Below are positions 26,426-36,379 of a stretch of 64,000 bases of DNA, piece after piece. A program made the position numbers and the translations under genes. Below the pieces are notes generated by a model. That model was given only the letters and a program-made list of their open reading frames with translations, made no database searches and was not told the DNA's origin. Position 1 is the stretch's first letter, and each line of letters starts with the position of its first letter. Origin of the DNA: a virus; IMG/VR virus record IMGVR_UViG_3300012953_000014, positions 64,001 to 128,000 of that record; one strand, given 5' to 3'.

Positions 26426-27544
26426 TTAATAATCAAGTCTTACGCGGATTGTCATCTCATTAGATGGATCCTTCTTAAGTGGCTCAGAAAGTTTTGCCAC
26501 CGCCAAAAGTTCATTATCTGGAGAATACAGACCAACTGTTGTAATGTACGATACAGGTGCATCAAGTTGATTGTTTTTAACACGAATCTTACTGCTGCTC
26601 AAGTAAGTTGGGTTTGCGCTGTAGTTAAACTCATTGTTGTTAGCGCGACAGAAATAAACTGAGGAGTTTAGTTCTGTTGTGTTATTGAAACTAACATTAT
26701 AAATTCTGTGCCTGATTGCATCACAACTAGCGGATATCGAAGAACCTGTCAGTTGAGCATTCATGTCTGGGCCAGTGGTTGAACCGGTGTTTGCGCCAAG
26801 ACCCAACATAACCATACTGCCGGATGCTCCAGCACCAGATTTACCATAAGCTTGGAAAATGCCTCCACTCAAAACTGCGACTCCAGCTTGATAGAACAGT
26901 AGACCAACTTTTGTATCCAGCGGCATGGTAGAACCAGAGCCATATAAGATAGAATATTCACCAGTAGGTGAGTTTACCAAATAGCTGGCTGTTGCTTTTG
27001 TGTCAGTAATCGTGATAAGATCTTGAAACTCAGAACCAACACTAGCCGAAGCATAAGATGCGCTCGCACCAAGCTTTAAACTAAACGAACCTTTTTTGAT
27101 TTCATCTTTTGACAGCAGTCTTGAAAAGTTTAAGAAAACACATTCTTTTAGTTTTGTGCCTCCGCTTGTTACATCACCGTCTTCGTCAAACTGTAAAATG
27201 TTTCCTGATGCATCGTGGCCTTGTAAGACCGCTGCCATTTGATTATAAATATTAATCTTTTTGGCGTTTTGGACATTTGTCGAGGAAGATAGCGCGGATC
27301 CCGTAGAATATCCCAAAGTAACATCAAAAATGTGATTTGCTGAAGAACTTAAATATGGGTAATCATAAACACTCTGGAACATACCATGTGAGTAGTTTTT
27401 GATATTCGGCTCGCTTCCGAGCGCAATCGTTGAACCGCCATATGTTCCAGAAACAATAGCTCCTGTAACCGGGATTGATTCGTGAAGGAGTGTTCTTGTA
27501 CTCGTTCGGTCGTTGTTTGTTAATGTTTTAAAAATTGTTGCCAT
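26426..27544 (-). CDS. Baseplate/tail-associated structural protein
   Basis: C-terminal ITTVGLYSPDNELLAVAKLSEPLKK..RLDY. Confidence 0.65.
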   Translation of the reverse strand: MATIFKTLTNNDRTSTRTLLHESIPVTGAIVSGTYGGSTIALGSEPNIKNYSHGMFQSVYDYPYLSSSANHIFDVTLGYSTGSALSSSTNVQNAKKINIYNQMAAVLQGHDASGNILQFDEDGDVTSGGTKLKECVFLNFSRLLSKDEIKKGSFSLKLGASASYASASVGSEFQDLITITDTKATASYLVNSPTGEYSILYGSGSTMPLDTKVGLLFYQAGVAVLSGGIFQAYGKSGAGASGSMVMLGLGANTGSTTGPDMNAQLTGSSISASCDAIRHRIYNVSFNNTTELNSSVYFCRANNNEFNYSANPTYLSSSKIRVKNNQLDAPVSYITTVGLYSPDNELLAVAKLSEPLKKDPSNEMTIRVRLDY

Positions 27545-27560
27545 CTTTTATTCCTTTATA

Positions 27561-28502
27561 TTAGGTTGGTACTTTTACAAATCGAACTGGAATATCGATT
27601 CTGTACCCTGTTGTTGCTCCCGTTACTCTTACAATAGAATCAATGTATTTCACGATTTGTCCAGTTGGGTTCCCAGAGACTCCGACCGCTAAAGTGTTTC
27701 CAAGTTGGTCAAATAAATAATCACTTGTGTTTAGGTCAATCGACGCGCCGACAGAGAACGATAATGTTGTCCCTCTTGGTCCTGCGATTACTTGGCCGGG
27801 GCTAAATTTTTGTGATGAGCGTTGGGTATTTGAGCTTACGAAACCTGTGTCGCTAAGAGAAAGGAAATATGAAGCAACACTGTCATCATCAATAAATGAA
27901 ACTTGGGCTGTGCTTACCTGCGAACTAGCTCCAAGTGAAGGGCTTACAACACTTCCAAAACGGTTATCCATTTCGATAATATATTGTGTTTCATTTAAAT
28001 CTGCTGGGATTGTGAAGTTCGAAGATACTTCTTCTGTGTCTAAACCTTGATCGATTCTAATGAAACCTCCATCTAAAGACTCGCCACGAATGACTCCGTC
28101 TTCGTTTCCGTAACCGCCTTCTGCTTCGCTTTCTTCGGTTTTTGAATCAACTGCGACGACAAAGCCACCAGTTGAATATTCCTTGTGTGCGCCACCTTGC
28201 GCATTGATTTTTAACACTGGCAAATATAAGATATTTGTTCTTGGAATAGAAATAAGCTTACTATTCATTGTTGCCGTGTTATTTGTAAATGATTCTAAAA
28301 CAGGAGTTTGCATGATTTGCAAATCATAATATGCACTCCCACTAGCGTGATCTTTGTTGTAGAGTTCATAATTGATTTCATCGTCTCCAAGTGCAAATTT
28401 AACGATTCGGAATGAACCATCACCTTTTGCTAAACGAAATCTTCCAGTGTCAGTTAAAACTGCATCAAGAATAATATCTCCACTATTATCTAAAAAACCC
28501 AT
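27561..28502 (-). CDS. Baseplate/tail-associated structural protein
   Basis: N-terminal ILDAVLTDTGRFRLAKG..FALGDDEINY. Confidence 0.65.
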   Translation of the reverse strand: MGFLDNSGDIILDAVLTDTGRFRLAKGDGSFRIVKFALGDDEINYELYNKDHASGSAYYDLQIMQTPVLESFTNNTATMNSKLISIPRTNILYLPVLKINAQGGAHKEYSTGGFVVAVDSKTEESEAEGGYGNEDGVIRGESLDGGFIRIDQGLDTEEVSSNFTIPADLNETQYIIEMDNRFGSVVSPSLGASSQVSTAQVSFIDDDSVASYFLSLSDTGFVSSNTQRSSQKFSPGQVIAGPRGTTLSFSVGASIDLNTSDYLFDQLGNTLAVGVSGNPTGQIVKYIDSIVRVTGATTGYRIDIPVRFVKVPT

Positions 28503-28521
28503 ATTTTTCTCCTATTATTAC

Positions 28522-28530
28522 CTAAATAGT
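28522..28530 (-). promoter_or_regulatory. Putative late-promoter box ACTATTTAG
   Basis: Recurrent motif before an AGGAG RBS. Confidence 0.55.
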
Positions 28531-28574
28531 TTCAAAATTACTTATTAGTCCCATATTTTTGCCCATTTATATTG

Positions 28575-31529
28575 TTAACAATCTTTGTTGCTTGGGTTTT
28601 TAATATGTTCTGTTGCAAAGTAAACATTGAAATCCATTTTTCTCCCCGTCTTTTTCGACGTTAATCTTATTTTAAACTTTTTAGGTTTCTCATCACTTGA
28701 CCATACACTCTGATCTTGATCAGTAAAACCGAAAACTGGTTTGTTCGAGTCCGCGTTTACCGTAGCTAGAGAAGGAATTTTTTGATTTGTTTCTTGATTC
28801 ATAAGTCCACTCTCCACTTCGTTCAAAGCTCCCTGATTAAATGATGGTTTAATCTGGATATATCTCTTAGCTGCTTTTGTTGGGACCCTTAAGTCTGGAG
28901 GAACGGGAGCTGGGAATGTTTCGATATCCAGCCAAACTGTTCCATTGTCATCATTCATTCTTATTTCATAAACTGCGGTTGGGTTTGATGTGTTTCCATG
29001 TACGTCGACAGATCTGAAGGTATACCAATATTTTTGATTTGGTTTTACATCATCTTTAATGTGCGCAGAAGATGCTTTTAAGCACGGATTATCAAAATAT
29101 ATTGAACTATCTGCCAGTGCATGAAACTTAAAATCTGTCCATTTAGTTGGTTTTTGGTCGGTTCGCCAAACCTCGAACATGGTTACAGGATCATCACTAC
29201 TAAACTCGATTGGTGGTGCGGGTGTCTGAGTCCTTGGTAGTTTTTGATTGACCAAATATTTCCTAAGCAACTCTTCGTCTTGATCCGACATGGTAATAAA
29301 TGGTGCTTTGAATTTTCCAACACTACCATTTAACAAAATAAGCATTTCATTGCTGTTGGCACGATAAGGAACTAAGTTGACATCTGGCGGGACAGGTGGT
29401 TTGTCAAGGACAATAGCATCAAACTCAAAGTGTGGGACCTCCATCAAAACAAGAGAAGGTTCTGATAAGACACATATCTCTGCCTTATTATAATCTAATG
29501 CATCTTGTGGTGATTCAGAATAAATCATTGAAGATGGCCCCTCATTTACTTCAGTAAACTGGTTTGAGTTAAAGGTTTGATTGACAAATGTTGCCCAATC
29601 TTTTGCTTTATGTGATTCAGATTCGCCTGCGTTTGCCGTTGGGGATGGTGGCGTCTGTGGGAAAACGGGTTGCTCAAGACCAGGAATACCACTATCAAAA
29701 GCTGTGCGATTTGCAACGGCAGAAGGAGAGCCGGTTGATGTGTTTTGTTCTTCAGAAAAAATTTGTTTTTCCCCATCAGAACATAGCGGCATATTATTTA
29801 TTTTATATCTATATTTTGTCCCTACGACAAACTGATAGGCAAACACATCATACTTGTATTCGACACCATATAAAACTTGGGTGTCTACGTATTTTACGAC
29901 ATCAATCTCACTTGAGTTTGGAATCCAAATATTTTGTACTATTTCGCCTGTATTTCGATTTCTTTTTTGAATCCTATAGAACAATGTTTCGGAATAGGCT
30001 TTTTTACCCTCATACACATCCTTATAGGTTCTAGCTAAACCTGGTTTTGATTTACTCGCATGGCCTTGACCAATGACCAAATTTTTAATCAAGACCTTTA
30101 ATGTATCAATATTGATTGCGCTTGTAGTTGTGCAGTTTTCAATTGCAGTGGCCAGCTCATCAAATGTCTCAAGGGTTGGGCTATATAAATAAATCCAATC
30201 CTCTCCACCGCCTGGTGAAACAGGGGTTGGATCTTGCAACAAGTCTGCTGCCTGTTTTGTCATAAGAAACTGTCCGATGTCCCAATATCTGTAATAACCA
30301 TCAGTTAAGCCTGCGAATGTTGGATCTACATTAGATACTCGATCCATTTTGATCCACCTATTCCATGGGCGCTCTTCATAAACTGGATTAAATAATGGTT
30401 GGCCTGGTGTAAACGCTCCGGCACCCTCGTATCTTGAGACGAACATCTCTTTATTTTCTAACACTTCTTTTATCAATGTTGTTGTCATGTTAGTTCTTAA
30501 TAAAGCATCTGCAAACTTTGTATTACAATCTGTGTTGAACTCAACATTGATGTTCATTGGAAACATCTTTTGCTTATCATTAACATCACTCAAGTATGGA
30601 ACACTTGCACCAGGGATAATAATGTTTTTAAAAGAATTTAAAAACGGAAACTCCACAAAATAATCTAATATTGCTGGTGCGTTTGCGGCAGCTGGGCTTA
30701 ATCCAGAAAACCTAAAATCAATAATATCTCTTGTAGAATTAAAACCAAAGAATCCACCACGGGCGAGGGCCGCTTGATCTGGCGTGCTTTCGACCTCTTG
30801 AACTGGTCTTGGAAGAATTGAGCCTATAGCTTTTGACCACTCTTCGTGATAAGATAGCCTATCCAGTTCTCCGACTTTTTCACCCTTTTCATTTGTTATA
30901 TCGATTAGTGTATCCTTTATTCTGCCACCAAGAGTAATATGATTAAAATAAATGCCGGAACCTGGAAAAGCGTATGGAAGACCACTGATTATGGTTCCTG
31001 GATCTCTTACTGACCTATTCATTTCTGTCAAAAACACATATAAGTTTGGAAGCAGAGCTTCGGGCAATTGGGCCAAAACTTTTTCATAGTCTCTAATAAA
31101 GAAGTTATAAACCGACTCGTACTCAAAATATAACCCACTAAGTTGTTTGGCTGCGGCAGTGTCGTCCCAGCTCAAAGGTTGTTCCATACCGAAAGCATAA
31201 TCAGTATAAACAATTTTCTCCATTGGAGATAATCTTCCTGGTTGTGGAGGGGGAGGCTCTGGTGCTAAATATACATCTGGTATTGGCTCAACTATTGTAC
31301 GTGTAGCAGGGGGTGTTATTGGGCCAATGTTAGGATTAACAGCAACACTTCCACCCTGATAATGACCTGAATAAACAGTCCTGTCATATGTTGTTGTGGT
31401 TGTTAGAGCCCTTATTGATCTGTCATCTATTTGTGAACTATCAGAAGAAGATTTCAACTCTGAGGTTGATAACTTGTTTTTAGAGGTGTCATTTAAGATT
31501 GTTTTAGTCCATATTCTTTTTTTAGCCAT
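28575..31529 (-). CDS. Large hypothetical virion protein (984 aa)
   Basis: In the baseplate block; beta-sandwich-like segments (YVDTQVLYGVEYKYDV, KYWYTFRSVDVHGNTSNP). Confidence 0.7.
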   Translation of the reverse strand: MAKKRIWTKTILNDTSKNKLSTSELKSSSDSSQIDDRSIRALTTTTTYDRTVYSGHYQGGSVAVNPNIGPITPPATRTIVEPIPDVYLAPEPPPPQPGRLSPMEKIVYTDYAFGMEQPLSWDDTAAAKQLSGLYFEYESVYNFFIRDYEKVLAQLPEALLPNLYVFLTEMNRSVRDPGTIISGLPYAFPGSGIYFNHITLGGRIKDTLIDITNEKGEKVGELDRLSYHEEWSKAIGSILPRPVQEVESTPDQAALARGGFFGFNSTRDIIDFRFSGLSPAAANAPAILDYFVEFPFLNSFKNIIIPGASVPYLSDVNDKQKMFPMNINVEFNTDCNTKFADALLRTNMTTTLIKEVLENKEMFVSRYEGAGAFTPGQPLFNPVYEERPWNRWIKMDRVSNVDPTFAGLTDGYYRYWDIGQFLMTKQAADLLQDPTPVSPGGGEDWIYLYSPTLETFDELATAIENCTTTSAINIDTLKVLIKNLVIGQGHASKSKPGLARTYKDVYEGKKAYSETLFYRIQKRNRNTGEIVQNIWIPNSSEIDVVKYVDTQVLYGVEYKYDVFAYQFVVGTKYRYKINNMPLCSDGEKQIFSEEQNTSTGSPSAVANRTAFDSGIPGLEQPVFPQTPPSPTANAGESESHKAKDWATFVNQTFNSNQFTEVNEGPSSMIYSESPQDALDYNKAEICVLSEPSLVLMEVPHFEFDAIVLDKPPVPPDVNLVPYRANSNEMLILLNGSVGKFKAPFITMSDQDEELLRKYLVNQKLPRTQTPAPPIEFSSDDPVTMFEVWRTDQKPTKWTDFKFHALADSSIYFDNPCLKASSAHIKDDVKPNQKYWYTFRSVDVHGNTSNPTAVYEIRMNDDNGTVWLDIETFPAPVPPDLRVPTKAAKRYIQIKPSFNQGALNEVESGLMNQETNQKIPSLATVNADSNKPVFGFTDQDQSVWSSDEKPKKFKIRLTSKKTGRKMDFNVYFATEHIKNPSNKDC

Positions 31530-31548
31530 TTTTTATTTCCTTGTACCT

Positions 31549-32787
31549 CTAGTATCCGCCCATGCCGCCCATGCCGCCGAAACCTCCACCAGCTCCTCCG
31601 AGCCCACCGGTACCGCCAAAACCACCGCCTCTAGTTCTTCTGGTTGTAGTTGTTTGATTAGAGGGCTGTTGGGTTCTGTTTGAGGTTGGGGCAGCTAATG
31701 GACCAGTCATGGGTCTGGAAAAGTCTCCTGGTAGTCTCGCATTTAATGCTGCTTGTCCTGGATTTTCTGCTGCTACAGAAGTTGCCACGGCGTCCATGTT
31801 TGGTGCAGGTGCGGTTGGGGGTGGTTCAGTTAAAACAATCGGATCTGTTGGAATAATAACTCCTTGCTCTGGACAGGGCATTGCGTCTTCCATGCTTCCA
31901 AAAACTGAAGGGTTTGCGGTAAGCTCAATAAGTTCTTTGTGGTGAACATTAAATGGGTTGTTTGTTGCAACATCGATTGCGCCGCCAATATCGCCCTGTT
32001 TCCACACTGGATATTCATATTCTTGCGTAGATAAATCAGTATCAACCCTAACAGACTCAAATGGTAAAATTTGTCCAGGTATTCCCTGTCCAGTGCCGTT
32101 GAGGGCTTCAGGTTCATATTGTCCTATATAATCCAAAAGATTCCAAAATTGATCTGTTTTGTACCTTAATAGATCCAATGGGCGCTCAAGATCACCATAA
32201 CGATCTCCAACTCTAAATTCTTCAGGTATTTGCAAATATGGATTTGCATCTTGAGGCATTTGTCTAACTAAAGCCTTGCCAGATTCTGGTACGATGCGAA
32301 AGTTGCCACGAAGCTCACCTAGTTCGCCAAAAACTCTGGTGTATATCTGATCATTTCTTTGTAAAACCTCTTCCACAATTAAGTTTCTGACATTTCCGGC
32401 TTGCGGTACATATTCTTTTGGTGGTGCATACGGTACTCCTGTCGGCGGCGTGGCTGTGCGTTCTCGTGGACCGTATCTTGTGGCAGTTCGTGGATCTCCT
32501 GCTCGCTCCGGGGGTGGTGGCGGGATAATTGGCGGGATGCGGGTTGGAGGTGCTACAGCGGATCTTGGTGTCGTTCCTCCGGCTTGGGATCGTTCCGTTT
32601 GTCTGCGCTGTTGTTCTGGGTCTGTAATCCCGGTAGTTGGATTCCGGCGCTCCTCATCTTGTGCAGTGTACGACTGACCAACATTTGAACCTTGAGTGGT
32701 TTCTGATGTTGTGAACACAGTTCTATCTGCATTTGCCCTAAATCTTCTTGATTGATTGTGTATGGTATCCCAACTTAAAACTGCCAT
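31549..32787 (-). CDS. Pro/Gly-rich hypothetical protein (likely start MAVLSW at 32787)
   Basis: GGAGGG RBS upstream of 32787; low-complexity ends; GGMGGMGGY tail. Confidence 0.7.
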   Translation of the reverse strand: MAVLSWDTIHNQSRRFRANADRTVFTTSETTQGSNVGQSYTAQDEERRNPTTGITDPEQQRRQTERSQAGGTTPRSAVAPPTRIPPIIPPPPPERAGDPRTATRYGPRERTATPPTGVPYAPPKEYVPQAGNVRNLIVEEVLQRNDQIYTRVFGELGELRGNFRIVPESGKALVRQMPQDANPYLQIPEEFRVGDRYGDLERPLDLLRYKTDQFWNLLDYIGQYEPEALNGTGQGIPGQILPFESVRVDTDLSTQEYEYPVWKQGDIGGAIDVATNNPFNVHHKELIELTANPSVFGSMEDAMPCPEQGVIIPTDPIVLTEPPPTAPAPNMDAVATSVAAENPGQAALNARLPGDFSRPMTGPLAAPTSNRTQQPSNQTTTTRRTRGGGFGGTGGLGGAGGGFGGMGGMGGY

Positions 32788-32791
32788 GATA

Positions 32792-35700
32792 TTAACTACC
32801 CTCCAGAATGAAATATTCATCGTAAGTAGGTAAATCATAGTTTTCGGCTCTTTCGATTCCCATAATCTTATTTTCATATGGTATTATGCGACAAAGCAAG
32901 TTTTTCCCGGCGTATTCATCATAAGCTTTTTGTGTGAGTTTTTCCCACTTTGGAAGCATTAAGGAATATCCATTTGCAGATTTTTTATATTCTCTAAGAA
33001 TTTGCACTTCTACGATTTCATAAAACTTGTACCGAAACATATCTACGTTGTCTGAGTTTACATCCTCTGACAGCATCGCTTCTACTTCTTTTCTGACATC
33101 TCCTGATTTATCAGGCGGATAACTTCGAGAGTTTGATTTTATTAAAAGCTTAACTGGGTTTGGCAGTTCTCTTAGTGAGTCATTTGGGTTTATTGTTTTT
33201 TTAATCTTATCAAAGTTTTGCTTTACTTTTGAATTTCCATCTATCAAATTATAATCTTTTACTTGATTTGGGCTTTTGCCCGAATCTTGATTTATGAGTT
33301 GTTTCAGGATTGGGCTGGCTGCACGATTGTTTTGTGAAGTCGAACCTTTACCTAGATCGTTTTCAATATAATTTTTTGTTTTGTCAGATGAATCTGCCGT
33401 CTCCATTGTTGCATCAGCGGTAGATGTCGGGGATGTGTTCGGTGAAGATTCTTCCTTGTTTACAATCTGCACTCCAAGATTGTCACTAATCCATTGAGCA
33501 GAAGTATTTGCATTTTCAATTTCTGATTTAAGATTAATCTTTTGTGCCACCATCTCTTGTTCTTTCGAGTTAAGTGGTTGATTTGGGTTTGAATATGGAG
33601 GTTCTTTTTTAGATGAATCTTGTTTTTTTACAACATACGACTGATAAGATGCAGACTTAGATTTGCTTTTTCTTCCCGCATTGTAAAAGAATGTTGCGGA
33701 AGCAACTTTTTTATATTCTTCTTTGTTCGATACTGATGCTTGATTACTGTTAGCAATTGTCAGATCAATAGATGGGTTAATCCCTATTTTAGTCGGAGTA
33801 AAATAACTCATCATTGAAGTTGCAACAGTGTCTTGCTCGTCATACCCCTCAATACCAACATTTGCGGTTTCAGAATCAAAAAGCTTAGAAACTTCTCTCG
33901 AAGTTATTTTTCTGAACATATCTCTGGATACTTTTTTGAGGCCAAAATTCTCATCGGTCCCCAAAGCCATGAAATCTATTCCAATATCACCCATGTCGGA
34001 TGCATTGCAAATGTAAGAGAACTCATTACTAACACTTATAATTGTCATCTTTTTGCGATCTCCGCCTTCAACATGACTTTTTCGAGTTGTTGCATTTGTG
34101 GTTCCAGAATTTTTATCATCTGGTTTTTGATAAAGATCTATTATTGAGTTTATATCGCTATTAACTTTTTCCATCACAGCTATAACAGAAGATATCCCCT
34201 CTGGTGAACCACCAACAGGAGAGATGATGTTCATCAATGATCTTATTCTTCTATCAAACTCTAAATCTGATAATGGATTTGGGGAGTAAAAATTATCAAT
34301 AGTCACAAACCTATCTAATATTGCCACTAACTCATCACTAACGCCATCACCAGATGACGGATTGGACCACCTCAAGTTTTGCCTGAATGATTGAGAAAAC
34401 TTATTTGTTAAAGCGTTAAAAGAACGAGGTACATATTCTCCCTTTTCAAATCCCTTAGAGTACATTGAATTTTTATCACTCGATGCGGGGACGTTTTCTT
34501 TCTTTGCTACATTGGGCATGTTATTTTGAGTTGAACAATTTCCCTCCAATTCTGGAGATTGGAAGCCTTTTTGCACACGAGGTTTTACATAATCGCCGGT
34601 ACTAGTCAAGTGGGCTGCACCAAAAGGATTTTTTATTGCTGCTGCCGAATTTTGTGCGGAACTGTAATATTCCTTAAGAGTATTTATATCTTGACTTAAT
34701 GTATTTGCATGAAAGTTTATCACCCTATAGACTGTATCTTGTATATCGACTTCTATATGGTATTTATAAAAACCATCAGTTTTTTGTGTTATGCTCTTAT
34801 CTATACCACTGAAATATCTAACCCCAACATCGTTTTGAGCTTCAATAACCACTTCTTCGACAGAAGAACCGTTATTTAATCGTGTTGGTCGAATTGTTGA
34901 GTCTGAGAACCTTTGATCTGCTTGAACGATAAGTTCGCTAACTTCATTATCCATAAAGTTATTTTCTCTTGAATCACCATATACAACAGATCCCTCAAGG
35001 TTTAATGGGCTCAACTCGCTTTCGCCGGAGCCGGGTATTCTTCTTCTGTATATCCTAATAGAAGAAATGGGTGGTGGTGATTGCTCCATTATATGCCTAT
35101 AAGAGGATGGTCGTTCGTAGAAGTTTCCAAATACAGAATGCTCTGAAAGGATTTTTTTCATATCAATGCCGAAAAAGAATCGATTTGAACCATCCAAATC
35201 TCTAGCAGAATAAAAATCTGAAAACAAGTTTAGCGGAAGTGGAGCGGGCGGGTTCAAGGTTACTTGTAATCCACTGGTTCTTGTCCGGGGCTGTAAGGTA
35301 ACTTGTAACCCTTGTGATTGATTATTCGATTGTTGAGATACTTGTAACCCTCTGGATCTGTTTGAAGTTTGGCTAGACTGTCTGTTAACTTGTTGTCCGG
35401 ATGGTGCGTTCGTTGGTTGTGACATTCCCGCATAAGACATTGTCGTTCCAGCAGGTATTTGACCCGTTGATGTTTGGGTTGGTCCACCACCCAAAGTCAT
35501 AGTTGTTCCAGCAGGTAAATGCCCCATAGATGAAATCACACCACCACCAACTTGTGTGGGTGGAGACGAAGCCCTAGAAAGGTCTCTTAGATCCACTATT
35601 TGAGTCATTGGAATCAAATAATGAACGTGCGGACCCTGTGCGCCGATGGCTTCTTGAACCTCTTCTTGGATGACGGCGTGCTGGTGACATATAACATTGC

Positions 35701-36379
35701 CATCTGCATCAGGTGGAGAGCAAACTTGTTTAGTTTGTGCAGTGTTGTCCAAATACACATGTTTGTGTCCGGCGTTTTCAGAAGTTTGGTAATCATATGT
35801 TGTGTATTGGCGAATGTTACCATTTACAATTATCTCTTGAATACTTTTTGCGCTCGTGTATATCCCTGTCTCAGAAACATTAGTTAGATTAGTCCCTTGA
35901 GATAAGAAATCAAGAATTAAACTGTTTAAGTCCAATTCAACCCATGCTCGATACTCTAAGCTTTGGGGCCTTAAAAAGGGATATTGGGTTTTATGAGTTA
36001 TTACATAGTTATTGCCTTGGCTCACCATTTGAGATAAATCAAAAGCTGGATCAATGCCAAAAACAGTTTCAGAAGATAATCCATCAATAGTTTCGACCAA
36101 GTGAATTTTAATATGTTGACGAAATTTATCATTAAGCATTAATGATTTCACACCAGTGCATAATAAATCGGTAACATATATAGTACACTCGATTTCTAAA
36201 GGAGATGGTTGTGAGCCTGGTACTGGTGGATTGAAGCCTGATCCTGCTATAGCAGAAGCTCCAACTTGATTAACTGTTGTTGCTGAGGTTCCTTCGTCCA
36301 ATATAACTTTATATACCGTCGCATACGGCAGTATTCGTTCAGAAATGGTTGGGAGTTCAAAGTCAGTATAAAGAGACAT
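32792..36379 (-). CDS. Large hypothetical virion protein with HxH motifs and short repeats
   Basis: TAATG-coupled start at 36379; GHKH, CHQH, PHVH. Confidence 0.7.
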   Translation of the reverse strand: MSLYTDFELPTISERILPYATVYKVILDEGTSATTVNQVGASAIAGSGFNPPVPGSQPSPLEIECTIYVTDLLCTGVKSLMLNDKFRQHIKIHLVETIDGLSSETVFGIDPAFDLSQMVSQGNNYVITHKTQYPFLRPQSLEYRAWVELDLNSLILDFLSQGTNLTNVSETGIYTSAKSIQEIIVNGNIRQYTTYDYQTSENAGHKHVYLDNTAQTKQVCSPPDADGNVICHQHAVIQEEVQEAIGAQGPHVHYLIPMTQIVDLRDLSRASSPPTQVGGGVISSMGHLPAGTTMTLGGGPTQTSTGQIPAGTTMSYAGMSQPTNAPSGQQVNRQSSQTSNRSRGLQVSQQSNNQSQGLQVTLQPRTRTSGLQVTLNPPAPLPLNLFSDFYSARDLDGSNRFFFGIDMKKILSEHSVFGNFYERPSSYRHIMEQSPPPISSIRIYRRRIPGSGESELSPLNLEGSVVYGDSRENNFMDNEVSELIVQADQRFSDSTIRPTRLNNGSSVEEVVIEAQNDVGVRYFSGIDKSITQKTDGFYKYHIEVDIQDTVYRVINFHANTLSQDINTLKEYYSSAQNSAAAIKNPFGAAHLTSTGDYVKPRVQKGFQSPELEGNCSTQNNMPNVAKKENVPASSDKNSMYSKGFEKGEYVPRSFNALTNKFSQSFRQNLRWSNPSSGDGVSDELVAILDRFVTIDNFYSPNPLSDLEFDRRIRSLMNIISPVGGSPEGISSVIAVMEKVNSDINSIIDLYQKPDDKNSGTTNATTRKSHVEGGDRKKMTIISVSNEFSYICNASDMGDIGIDFMALGTDENFGLKKVSRDMFRKITSREVSKLFDSETANVGIEGYDEQDTVATSMMSYFTPTKIGINPSIDLTIANSNQASVSNKEEYKKVASATFFYNAGRKSKSKSASYQSYVVKKQDSSKKEPPYSNPNQPLNSKEQEMVAQKINLKSEIENANTSAQWISDNLGVQIVNKEESSPNTSPTSTADATMETADSSDKTKNYIENDLGKGSTSQNNRAASPILKQLINQDSGKSPNQVKDYNLIDGNSKVKQNFDKIKKTINPNDSLRELPNPVKLLIKSNSRSYPPDKSGDVRKEVEAMLSEDVNSDNVDMFRYKFYEIVEVQILREYKKSANGYSLMLPKWEKLTQKAYDEYAGKNLLCRIIPYENKIMGIERAENYDLPTYDEYFILEGS

